Assembly: GCA_964397715.1 (NCBI GenBank)
Contig: CAYNKE010000002.1
Location: 15,267-57,990, forward strand
Source of the DNA: an uncultured Bifidobacterium sp.
GTDB taxonomy: Bacteria > Actinomycetota > Acidimicrobiia > Acidimicrobiales > Ilumatobacteraceae
Length of the DNA stretch: 42,724 nt
Reading direction: 5' to 3'
A program made the translations under genes and the position numbers. Positions 33,533-41,981 of this stretch are shown in pieces (positions within the stretch are counted from its first letter, which is position 1; the number at the start of each line of letters is the position of its first letter). Under the pieces are notes generated by a model. The model was not told where the DNA came from. It worked only from the letters and a program-made list of their open reading frames with translations, and searched no databases.

Positions 33533-34469
33533 TCGCGGCGTCCACCCAGGCCGACAAGGCCGCGCGGTTCGCGGCAGTATCGGTACGACGGGTGGTGGGC
33601 AGTCGATGAATCGGCCGCTCGGCGCGATCGCACCAGAACCGTCCGTTCGGCACACGACTGCCGGTCGCGACGAGCCACACGATCGTGTCGGCGCCTTGTT
33701 CGGCGGTACGCAGGATCGGTGCCGTGATTCGGGCGAAACCAGGAAGCGACGAACGCACGCCAGGTGTGTCGGCCCAACCCGGGTGCATGCAGGCGAAGGT
33801 GACGTCTTGTCGTCCCCCGGCGTCGATCTCGTTGAGTGTCACCTGCATCCGTTTGGCGATCGCGTACTGGCGAGTGCCGTCGTATCGTTCGGGGCTCATC
33901 TCCGGCGATTCCCCCCGATCGAATCGCGGTAGCGGTGCCGCGTACATCCCGCCCGACGACACCGTGACGACGCGACCACCCGTGAGCAGTTCGGAGAGTT
34001 CGCGAGTGAGAAGACGCGGGCCGAGGACGTGCGAGGCGACGGTCGCTTCGTGGTCCTGCGGTGTGACTCGGCGATCGGCGGTGAGCGCACCGGCGTTGTG
34101 CACGAGGGCGTCGATGCGGCGACTGCGGGAAATCAGTGTGGCCGCGGCGCGACGGACGGCGTCGAGATCTCCCATGTCGGCGACCACCGTGATCGCGCGA
34201 TCGGCCCCGAGCAGACGTTCACGAACGGCCTCAGTGCGGGCTTCATCGCGTCCGATGAGAACCAGATCGGCGCCCAAGCGGTCGAACTCGAGTGTCGCGG
34301 CCAGACCCAGACCCGAGGTCGGGCCGGTGACCACGACCGTGCGTCCGCTCAGTCGGCCGGGCGGAAACGATTCCCAGTGGCCGAGGCGCGACCGCACGGC
34401 CGGGCCGACGCGCGAGAAGCCGCCCACGATGGTGGCGTCGAGGACCCGGTCGGCCATGCGATCGAACAT
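33519..34469 (-). CDS. Short-chain dehydrogenase/reductase (SDR) family oxidoreductase
   Basis: Motifs are VVVTGPTSGLG (TGxxxGxG), NAG and YAIAKR (YxxxK). The 3' end overlaps the convergent radical SAM gene by 14 nt. Confidence 0.82.
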   Translation of the reverse strand: MFDRMADRVLDATIVGGFSRVGPAVRSRLGHWESFPPGRLSGRTVVVTGPTSGLGLAATLEFDRLGADLVLIGRDEARTEAVRERLLGADRAITVVADMGDLDAVRRAAATLISRSRRIDALVHNAGALTADRRVTPQDHEATVASHVLGPRLLTRELSELLTGGRVVTVSSGGMYAAPLPRFDRGESPEMSPERYDGTRQYAIAKRMQVTLNEIDAGGRQDVTFACMHPGWADTPGVRSSLPGFARITAPILRTAEQGADTIVWLVATGSRVPNGRFWCDRAERPIHRLPTTRRTDTAANRAALSAWVDAAISGS

Positions 34470-34557
34470 GACCCCATTCCAGCGTTCCGAGCGGCGACGT
34501 GCGACATCGACGAGCCCATGGCCGACCGGCAGGGGTCACAACGGGGATAATGGGTGG

Positions 34558-34851
34558 ATGAGCGACCATTCGCCGACGCACGCGCATCCTCACGTGCACG
34601 GGCCCGACTGCGGCCACGTGATGGTCGAGCACGACGACCACGTCGATTTCGTGCACGACGGACATCGGCATCGCCAACACGGCGACCACTGGGACATGTG
34701 CGATTCAGCGGACTGTGTGGCGCACTCGCATCACGAGCACGTGCACGGACCCGGATGCGGGCACCAGGCAGTCGCTCACGGTGATCATGTCGACTATCTG
34801 CACGACGGTCACCTTCACGCTCTCCACGACGACCACTGGGACGAACACTGA
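34558..34851 (+). CDS. His-rich (27 of 97 residues) internally duplicated putative metal-binding protein
   Basis: This is the last 97 codons of the 388-aa ORF (the upstream part is antisense to the SDR). There are two ~35-aa repeats: HVHGPDCGHVMVEHDDHVDFVHDGHRHRQHGDHWD and HVHGPGCGHQAVAHGDHVDYLHDGHLHALHDDHWD. GATAAT lies 6 nt upstream of the ATG. Confidence 0.65.
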   Translation: MSDHSPTHAHPHVHGPDCGHVMVEHDDHVDFVHDGHRHRQHGDHWDMCDSADCVAHSHHEHVHGPGCGHQAVAHGDHVDYLHDGHLHALHDDHWDEH

Positions 34852-34854
34852 CCG

Positions 34855-35625
34855 TCAGTGATCGTGCCCGTCGTGGTGCTGATGCTCGGTGACGACCAAT
34901 TGGTCGTGCACACGCGACAACCCCACCCCGAAGGTCGCCAACAAGTTCTCCGGCGTCAACACCACATCCGGCGGCCCATCGGCGATCAAGCGTCCCGCCA
35001 GTAGCAGCACCCGATCGCACATCGACGCCTCGCCGATGTCGTGCGTCGCCGTCACCACCGCGGATCCACGGGCCCGCTCCGTCTCGACGGCCTTCAGATA
35101 CGCCGCGCGGCCAGCCGCATCGAGCCCACTCGTCGGCTCGTCGAGTAGGAGCAATCGAGCCCGGCGAGCCAGCGCCTGAGCCAGATACACGCGCTGCTGT
35201 TGTCCTCCCGACAAATCCCGAAGGGCGACCTCGGCCAGTTCGGCGATCTCCATCGTCGCCATCGCATCGGCCACCGCGGTCTCGTCCTCGGCCGATTCCC
35301 GCTCGAAGCGCCCCCGATGGTCGAAGCGGCCCATGCGCACGACGTCGACCGCACGAAGCGGTAGAGCCAACGCGTTGCGATGGAACTGGCTCACGTACGC
35401 GATCGACCGACTCGCGGCCCGAGGCTCTCCGCCGAGCACCTCCACCACCCCACCCAACGGCGGCAGCAAACCGGCGAACGTCTTCAACAGCGTCGATTTG
35501 CCCGAACCATTGGAACCCACGAGTGCGATCGAACCACCCGACGCGACGAACGTGTCGACACCGTCGAGCACGTGGTGGTCGCCGTAACCGACGGCGAGCC
35601 GGCGGGTCACCACGACAGCGTTCAC
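34855..35625 (-). CDS. znuC: Metal (Zn/Mn-type) ABC transporter ATP-binding protein
   Basis: The GTG at 35625 overlaps the permease stop (GTGA). Walker A is GSNGSGKST, the ABC signature is LSGGQQQR and Walker B is LLLLDEP. The His-rich tail reads EHQHHDGHDH. Confidence 0.8.
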   Translation of the reverse strand: MNAVVVTRRLAVGYGDHHVLDGVDTFVASGGSIALVGSNGSGKSTLLKTFAGLLPPLGGVVEVLGGEPRAASRSIAYVSQFHRNALALPLRAVDVVRMGRFDHRGRFERESAEDETAVADAMATMEIAELAEVALRDLSGGQQQRVYLAQALARRARLLLLDEPTSGLDAAGRAAYLKAVETERARGSAVVTATHDIGEASMCDRVLLLAGRLIADGPPDVVLTPENLLATFGVGLSRVHDQLVVTEHQHHDGHDH

Positions 35626-36458
35626 GCGGACCTCGGCGGTACGAGCGACCGAACGAACAACACGACGAAGAAGATCACGACTGACACGAGAACAACCGTG
35701 GCCCCGGCCGCCCAGCCGTAGTGATACGAGAGCAGCAAACCCACGTACGTCGACATAACGCCCACGACCGAGGCCCACAGCATCATCACACCGACCCGGC
35801 GAGCGAGCAGTGAGCCCACCCCCGCCGGCGCGAGCAGCATCCCGAAAACCAGCAACGAGCCGACCGTCTGGAACGCGACCACGATCGTTCCTGCTACGAG
35901 TGCGAGCATCAACTGGTGGTAGCGGTTGGCCCGGTATCCCATCACGCTGGCGAGATCGGGATCGAAACACAGCAGCAGAAACGGGCGAGCCGACCACATC
36001 GCCACTCCGCCCACCACCAGGACCGCGATCGACAGAGCCACGAGGTCGCCGTTGCTCACACCCAGGAACTCCCCGAACAGAATCGTCTCCACGCTCGTGG
36101 TGATGGAGTCCGAACTCGAGATCACCACGATGCCGAGAGCCAGCAAACCCACGAAGAGCAGGCCGATCGCGGCGTCGCTCGAGAGCCGTGAGCGTCGCGT
36201 CACGACACCCACACCACCGATCATGACTCCGGCACCCACCGCGGCGCCGAGCATGGTCGGCCAGCCGATGAGGAGCGCTCCGGCCACACCCGGTAGCACG
36301 CCGTGAGCGAGCGCGTCGCCGATGAAGGACAGGCCACGCAGAACGACGTAGGTGCCGACGATCGCACAGGCGATCGACACCAGTGAGCCGGCGAGCAGAG
36401 CTCGCATCATGAAGTCGTTGTCGACGAACGGATCGAGCAACGGTCCCACTCGGGACAC
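35622..36458 (-). CDS. znuB: Metal ABC transporter permease (ABC-3 family)
   Basis: 278 aa and polytopic. FMMRALLAGSLVSIACAIVGTYVVLRGLSFIGDALAHGVLPGV is typical of ZnuB/MntC-type permeases. Confidence 0.82.
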   Translation of the reverse strand: MSRVGPLLDPFVDNDFMMRALLAGSLVSIACAIVGTYVVLRGLSFIGDALAHGVLPGVAGALLIGWPTMLGAAVGAGVMIGGVGVVTRRSRLSSDAAIGLLFVGLLALGIVVISSSDSITTSVETILFGEFLGVSNGDLVALSIAVLVVGGVAMWSARPFLLLCFDPDLASVMGYRANRYHQLMLALVAGTIVVAFQTVGSLLVFGMLLAPAGVGSLLARRVGVMMLWASVVGVMSTYVGLLLSYHYGWAAGATVVLVSVVIFFVVLFVRSLVPPRSA

Positions 36459-36459
36459 C

Positions 36460-37332
36460 CTATGAATTCGCCGTCAGGGCCGCCACGATGTCGGACGCGA
36501 GGTTGAGCAGGAACGAGCGATACAAGTTGTCTTCGGGCACGAGATGTGTCGCCAACTCGACCACACGCGTCCCGGTCTCCTTCGCCAGCGCATCGGCCAC
36601 ATCGGTCGGTGTTCCCAATTCGGTGAAGATGACGGATGTGCCGGTCTGGTCGATGGCCCTTTTCAGATCGGCCAGATTGGCCGCGGTCACGTCGGCCGCC
36701 GAGCTCAATCCCGGCACGATCGATCCGACGAGGGTGAAGTCGTAGTGATCGGCGAAGTAGGCGAGCGAGTCGTGACCGGTGACCAGCAGGCGTCGCTCGA
36801 CCGGGATCGACGTCAGCAATTGCACGATCACGCCGTCCACGTCCTTCAGATCGGTGATCACACGCGCCACGCGATCAGGAACGTCCAGACCGATGGCCGT
36901 CAGCTCGCGGCCGAGCGCATCCACCACTGATGCCATCGCCAGCGGATCGGTCCAGAAGTGCGGATCGCCGTCGAGGGCGTCGACGTGATCGGTTGCACGA
37001 AAAACGCGAACTCCGTCCTTCTCGGCCGACTCCAAGGTCTCGACCAACTTTTCCTCGAGGCCGAGACCGTTGGCCACGACGAGATCGGCGCCGTTGATCG
37101 CCTCCACGTCCTTGGCCGACGGCTCCCAGTCGTGCGGGTCGACGCCGTTCGGAACGAGCACCACCACATCGGCCGCGTCACCCACGGCATCGCTCACGAC
37201 CGCTCCGAGAATCGCGGTCGTGGCCACCACCGTCGGACGACCCGACGACGAGTCGTTCGAGCCGCATGCCGCCACGGCGACGAGCGCCAGGGGGCTCAGG
37301 ACGAGGAACGACGAACGCGACCAACGACGCAT
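36460..37332 (-). CDS. znuA: Metal ABC transporter substrate-binding lipoprotein (TroA/ZnuA fold)
   Basis: Lipobox (LVAVAACG), GVDPHDWEPS and DPHFWTDP. It is the first gene of the three-gene operon. Zinc specificity is inferred from the upstream Zur-like box and the ZnuC His tail. Confidence 0.78.
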   Translation of the reverse strand: MRRWSRSSFLVLSPLALVAVAACGSNDSSSGRPTVVATTAILGAVVSDAVGDAADVVVLVPNGVDPHDWEPSAKDVEAINGADLVVANGLGLEEKLVETLESAEKDGVRVFRATDHVDALDGDPHFWTDPLAMASVVDALGRELTAIGLDVPDRVARVITDLKDVDGVIVQLLTSIPVERRLLVTGHDSLAYFADHYDFTLVGSIVPGLSSAADVTAANLADLKRAIDQTGTSVIFTELGTPTDVADALAKETGTRVVELATHLVPEDNLYRSFLLNLASDIVAALTANS

Positions 37333-37340
37333 CCATTAAA

Positions 37341-37355
37341 TGATAATCGTTCTCA
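37341..37355. promoter_or_regulatory. Zur-like operator overlapping the znuA -10 element
   Basis: TGATAATCGTTCTCA lies within the AT-rich palindrome AAATGA-N9-TCATTT (37338-37358). It matches 12 of 15 positions of the actinobacterial Zur consensus TGAAAATCATTTTCA as I recall it. It overlaps TATCAT (minus strand, complement of 37340-37345), which lies 7 nt upstream of the znuA ATG. Confidence 0.6.
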
Positions 37356-37399
37356 TTTCTGACGACAACCCTTCGTGACCAGCCACTAGCGTCGATGTC

Positions 37400-38614
37400 A
37401 TGCCCTCGGCTTTCCTGCACCCCTTCGCCAAACCGACCCGGGAGTCGTTCATCACCCTGGTCAAGGGCAAGGGAGCCGTGGTGACCGACTCACAGGGCCG
37501 GGACTACATCGACGGCATGGCCGCCCTCTGGTACTGCGCCGTCGGCCACGGTCGCACCGAGATCGCCCGCGTGATCGCCGAGCAGGCCGAGACTCTCGCG
37601 GGTTATTCCACGTTCGATCCGTTCACGAACCAACCGGTCGAGGATCTGGCCGCCCGCCTCTCCTCCATCGCCCCCATGGCCGACAGTCGCGTCTTCTTCA
37701 CGTCGTCGGGATCCGAAGCCGTCGACACCGCCATGAAACTCGCCCGACTCGCGCATGTGCAATCGGGCCATCCCGAGAAGACCGTGATCATCTCGCGCCA
37801 GCGCGGCTACCACGGCACCACCTACGGCGGAACCAGTGCTCAGGGAATCCCGCCCAACCGCGAGGGCTACGGACCGCTCGTGGGCGACGTTCTGCAGGTG
37901 CCCGCCGACGACCTCGAAGCGCTGTCCGTCGCGATGTCGAACAGCCAGGATCGTCTCGCCGCCGTTCTGATCGAGCCCGTTCAAGGAGCCGGCGGCGTCT
38001 TTCCGCCCACTGAGGGTTACATCGAGGGTGCACGTCGCCTGTGCGATCAGCACGGTGCTTTCTTGATCTTCGACGAAGTGATCAGCGGTTTCGGTCGACT
38101 CGGACATTGGTTCGCCGCCCATCGTTTCGGTGTGCGCCCCGATCTCGTCACGTTCGCCAAGGCCGTGACATCCGGATATCAGCCGCTCGGCGGCGTCTTC
38201 GTCGGACCCGCCGTGCGCGGACCACTCGAAGCCGATCCGAACTTCTTCCTGCGGACCGGCTTCACGTATTCCGGACACCCGACCGCGTGTCGCGCCGCTC
38301 TGAAGAACATCGAGATCATCGAATCCGAAGGCCTCGTCGAACGCGCGCATCACGTCGGTCAGCGTCTGTCGGCCGGGCTTCACTCCTTGCTCTCCGACGG
38401 CCAGGTCGCCGCCGTCCGCGGCGACGGTGCGGTGTGGGCGGTTGCACAGCATTCACACATCGACCCCGTGAAGGTTCGCGATCGCATGCTCGAGCACGGA
38501 GTCATCACCCGCGCCGTCGGCACCGACACGAACACGTTCTGCCCGCCACTTGTCATCACCGACGCCCAGATCGACGCGATCATCGACGCCCTGGCAGTCT
38601 GTTCACAGCCGTGA
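37400..38614 (+). CDS. Class III (omega-type) pyridoxal-phosphate aminotransferase
   Basis: Motifs are SGSEAVDTAMKLAR, LIFDEVISGFGRLG and the PLP lysine context DLVTFAKAVTSGYQP. TAGCGT lies 7 nt upstream of the ATG. Confidence 0.87.
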   Translation: MPSAFLHPFAKPTRESFITLVKGKGAVVTDSQGRDYIDGMAALWYCAVGHGRTEIARVIAEQAETLAGYSTFDPFTNQPVEDLAARLSSIAPMADSRVFFTSSGSEAVDTAMKLARLAHVQSGHPEKTVIISRQRGYHGTTYGGTSAQGIPPNREGYGPLVGDVLQVPADDLEALSVAMSNSQDRLAAVLIEPVQGAGGVFPPTEGYIEGARRLCDQHGAFLIFDEVISGFGRLGHWFAAHRFGVRPDLVTFAKAVTSGYQPLGGVFVGPAVRGPLEADPNFFLRTGFTYSGHPTACRAALKNIEIIESEGLVERAHHVGQRLSAGLHSLLSDGQVAAVRGDGAVWAVAQHSHIDPVKVRDRMLEHGVITRAVGTDTNTFCPPLVITDAQIDAIIDALAVCSQP

Positions 38615-39828
38615 ACAAGCCGACTTTCAATCCCTTCGATCCGCAGTTCCGGGCCAACCCGTATCCGTTCTACGACGCGCTGCGCCAGCAGGACCCGGTG
38701 CACGTCACGCCGTTCGGCACGATCGTTCTGACGCGGTACGAGGACGTGGCCTTCACGTTGCGAAGCAACGATTTCAGCCGCGACATCGAAGCGAACGCCA
38801 ACGAACCCACCGACCCGCTGAACAAGGCCAAGCGCGACCGCCGACGCGGCCGTGAAGGCGCGAAATCCATCCTCAACCTCGATCCGCCCGATCACACGCG
38901 GCTGCGCCGCCTCGTGAGCAAGGCCTTCACTCCGTCGGCCATCGATCGATTGCGAGCACGCGTTCAGCAACTGGTCGACGAAGTCCTCGACCGCGCGGCC
39001 GCACGAGGCGGTATGGAACTCATCGACGAACTCGCGTTCCCGATCCCGTTCCAGGTGATCTCCGACCTCCTCGCCATGCCCACCGACCGCGCCGAAGAAA
39101 TGCGCGAGTGGAGCCAAATCATCACGCAGAACCTCGAGCCGACCTCCACGCTCGACGATCTCGACAAGTCCGACGAAGTCTTCGGGCTACTGATTCCCTA
39201 TCTCCTGAACGTGATCGAGGATCGACGCCGGCATCCGGGCGACGACTTGTTGTCGGCCCTCATCGCGGTCGAAGAGGACGGCGACGTTCTGTCGTTGCCT
39301 GAACTCATCTCGTTCGTGGTCCTGCTCTACATCGCGGGCCACGAGACCACCGTCAATCTCATCGGCAACTCGATCAACGCACTTCTTGCCCACCCCGACC
39401 AGCTGGCTCGCTGGCACGCCGACCCGAGCATCACCACGCGCGCCATCGACGAGTGCCTGCGCCTCGACGGGCCCGTGCAGCAGACAGTTCGCGTTCCGAT
39501 CGCCCCCGTCACGTATCAGGGAATCGACGGCCCGATCGTGGCCGAACCCGGGACCATCGTGACCACGGTGCTCGGCGCCGCCAACCACGACCCGTCGGTG
39601 TTCACCGACCCGCACCGACTCGATCTCTCGCGCGACAACGCGAACCGCCACGTGGCCTTCGCGGCCGGCATCCACTACTGCCTCGGCGCCAATCTCGCCC
39701 GCCTCGAAGCCGAGATCGCGGTCGGTTCGCTCGTGCGCCGTTTCCCGAGCATGCGCTCCACTGGCACCATCACCTGGCGCGATCGACTCACCATCCGCGG
39801 CGTCGATCACCTCGAACTGTCGTTCTGA
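38611..39828 (+). CDS. Cytochrome P450
   Basis: The GTG at 38611 overlaps the aminotransferase stop (GTGA). Motifs are NLDPPDHTRLRRL, I-helix IAGHETT, ECLRL and heme loop FAAGIHYCLG. Confidence 0.9.
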   Translation: MNKPTFNPFDPQFRANPYPFYDALRQQDPVHVTPFGTIVLTRYEDVAFTLRSNDFSRDIEANANEPTDPLNKAKRDRRRGREGAKSILNLDPPDHTRLRRLVSKAFTPSAIDRLRARVQQLVDEVLDRAAARGGMELIDELAFPIPFQVISDLLAMPTDRAEEMREWSQIITQNLEPTSTLDDLDKSDEVFGLLIPYLLNVIEDRRRHPGDDLLSALIAVEEDGDVLSLPELISFVVLLYIAGHETTVNLIGNSINALLAHPDQLARWHADPSITTRAIDECLRLDGPVQQTVRVPIAPVTYQGIDGPIVAEPGTIVTTVLGAANHDPSVFTDPHRLDLSRDNANRHVAFAAGIHYCLGANLARLEAEIAVGSLVRRFPSMRSTGTITWRDRLTIRGVDHLELSF

Positions 39829-39852
39829 TCGCGCCGTCGCGCGAACCCGGCC

Positions 39853-40668
39853 TCAGCGCACGCGCGAGTGGTAACGCACCGCGAGATTGCCGTTCTCGTC
39901 GCGCACGTCGAACTGCTCGGAGATGTCCTCGATCCACTGGATAGTGCCGCTGCGATCCATGAGATCGGGGGCGACCGCCAGGGCGGCGATCGATCGGCCG
40001 ACACCGAGCGTGGTCTGCGCCTGCGACAGGTCGCTCCCCCGCTTGCCAGCCCACTCCTGGATGAACTCGGTCGCGACCGAGCCCGGATAGATGGAGCAAC
40101 AGGCGATGCCCTTCGGGCGCAGTTCGATCGCCATGTCGGCGCTGAGCCGATCGAGACCGGCCTTGCCAGCGCCGTAGGACGAACTGAAGTGATACGACAT
40201 CCCACCCGGGGAGGACACGTTCATGATCGAGCCACCGACTCCACCTTCGAACAACAACGGCGCGGCGTGCCACGAAGCGACGTAGTGAGCGCGCAGGCCG
40301 ATACCGACCTGGTCGTCCCAGATGCTGATCGGGTGCTCCCAGAAGCCGCCACCCCACGCCGGCGGATCGGGAATCTTGTAGACGTTGTTGACGAGAATGT
40401 TCAGCTTGCCGAAGTCGGACTTCACGCGGGCGAACAACGCTGCGATCTGCGCATCGTCGCTGTGATCGACTTGCACGGCGATACCGGTGCCGCCGGCTTC
40501 CTCGACCATCTTGACTGTCGTGTCGATGGTGAGCGGGCCCGAACCGGTGGAACGACCGGTCACGTAGATCGTGGCGCCCATCTCGGCCAAGGCGATGGCC
40601 GTGCCGCGGCCGATACCGCGACTCGAGCCGGTGACGACCGCGACTTTTCCGGCGAGCTCGCCGCTCAT
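39853..40668 (-). CDS. SDR family oxidoreductase
   Basis: Motifs are VAVVTGSSRGIGRG, NNV and YGAGK (YxxxK). The ATG overlaps the stop of the upstream P450 (ATGA). Confidence 0.85.
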   Translation of the reverse strand: MSGELAGKVAVVTGSSRGIGRGTAIALAEMGATIYVTGRSTGSGPLTIDTTVKMVEEAGGTGIAVQVDHSDDAQIAALFARVKSDFGKLNILVNNVYKIPDPPAWGGGFWEHPISIWDDQVGIGLRAHYVASWHAAPLLFEGGVGGSIMNVSSPGGMSYHFSSSYGAGKAGLDRLSADMAIELRPKGIACCSIYPGSVATEFIQEWAGKRGSDLSQAQTTLGVGRSIAALAVAPDLMDRSGTIQWIEDISEQFDVRDENGNLAVRYHSRVR

Positions 40669-41936
40669 GCCTTCACCCCGGCCGGAGTGAATTCGAGATC
40701 GAGGCTCGTGAGTCCGCGCAACATGAACGACGGGAAGTACTCGTACTTGTTACTCGGCGGCAACGTGATCGTGTCGAGACGCTTCGAGAGTTCCTCGAGC
40801 GCCACCTTGCCCTCGAGTCGCGACAACTGCGCACCCAAGCAGAAGTGAATGCCCTTGCCGAACGCCAAGTGATCGCGCAGGTTCTCGCGGTCGGGGTCGA
40901 ACGCATCGGGATTCGAGTAGAGGCACTCGTCACGGTTGGCCGACGAGAACACGATGATGAGGCGATCGCCCTTCTTGAGCGGATAGCCACCGAGTTCGGT
41001 GTCGGCTGTGACCATGCGCCACATGCCCTGAGTGGGTGTGGACATGCGCAACGTTTCTTCCACGATGCGCTCGACGCGGGACGGATCCTGCTTGACCATC
41101 TTCCACTGCTCGGGGTTCTCAGCCAGCAGGCGGATCATCTCGGTGAGCATCTTCGTCGTGGTCTCGTTGCCGGCCACGAGGAGCTGCTGGATGATGCTCA
41201 GCATCTCGGGCATGTCGAGCGGACGCTTGTCGGTGACTTCGGGATCGTCGTCTTCGATCGTTGCGTTGAGCAGGTTGGTCAGGATGTCGTCCTGCGGCTC
41301 GGTGCGACGCTTGTTCAACTGCTCGGCGAAGTAGTGCTGGAACTCGTTGACGCCGTACTCGGCCTGGATGCGCTCCTCGATCGAGATGTTGGTTCCGATT
41401 CCGGCGATCGAGTCGTCGGACCAGCGCTTGAAGTCGTCGAGGCGGTCGTCCGGGACGTTGAGGGCCTTGGCGATCACGCGCACCGGGAGCGGAACACCGA
41501 ACTCGGTGACGAATTCGATTCGTCCCTTGTCGATCCACGACTCGATGAGCCGGACCGTGATCTCGCGGATGGTCGGCTCGAGTTCGGCCATCACCTTCGG
41601 GTGGAAGGCGCGCGACACCAGTCGGCGATAGCGCGTGTGATCGGGCTGATCGGCCGTGAGCATGGTGCTCACGCGCGGATAGCCCTCGGCGTAGACCTCT
41701 TCGAACCGCTTCCGGATCTCGGCCGGCAAGGGCATGCCCGACGAACCGAACTGCGACGAGTACGTCTGCGGGTCGCGCAACGTCTGCATCACGAGATCGT
41801 GGCGAGTGACCAACTTGATCCCCATGCCCGGAATTTCCATCACCGGGGCGTCCTCGCGCATCTTGGCGTAGTGCGGGAAAGGACACTGCATGGTGGCCGG
41901 ATCGAACGGGTTGAACTTGCTGATGTCGACGGTCAT
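40665..41936 (-). CDS. Cytochrome P450
   Basis: An AGGAGA Shine-Dalgarno sequence lies 5 nt upstream of the ATG. Motifs are ADQPDHTRYRRL, I-helix VAGNETT, ETLRM and heme loop FGKGIHFCLG. Confidence 0.9.
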   Translation of the reverse strand: MTVDISKFNPFDPATMQCPFPHYAKMREDAPVMEIPGMGIKLVTRHDLVMQTLRDPQTYSSQFGSSGMPLPAEIRKRFEEVYAEGYPRVSTMLTADQPDHTRYRRLVSRAFHPKVMAELEPTIREITVRLIESWIDKGRIEFVTEFGVPLPVRVIAKALNVPDDRLDDFKRWSDDSIAGIGTNISIEERIQAEYGVNEFQHYFAEQLNKRRTEPQDDILTNLLNATIEDDDPEVTDKRPLDMPEMLSIIQQLLVAGNETTTKMLTEMIRLLAENPEQWKMVKQDPSRVERIVEETLRMSTPTQGMWRMVTADTELGGYPLKKGDRLIIVFSSANRDECLYSNPDAFDPDRENLRDHLAFGKGIHFCLGAQLSRLEGKVALEELSKRLDTITLPPSNKYEYFPSFMLRGLTSLDLEFTPAGVKA

Positions 41937-41981
41937 GTCTGGTCTCCTGGGTCGCTGACGAATTGGTTCACTACTGCCGGG

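Noticed and set aside
33685-34557. Upstream 291 codons of the ORF that ends with the His-rich protein
   Set aside because: This part is antisense to the SDR gene (33519-34469) and is Arg/Ser/Pro-rich. The His-rich repeat unit begins right after the ATG at 34558, which has a -10-like element in front.
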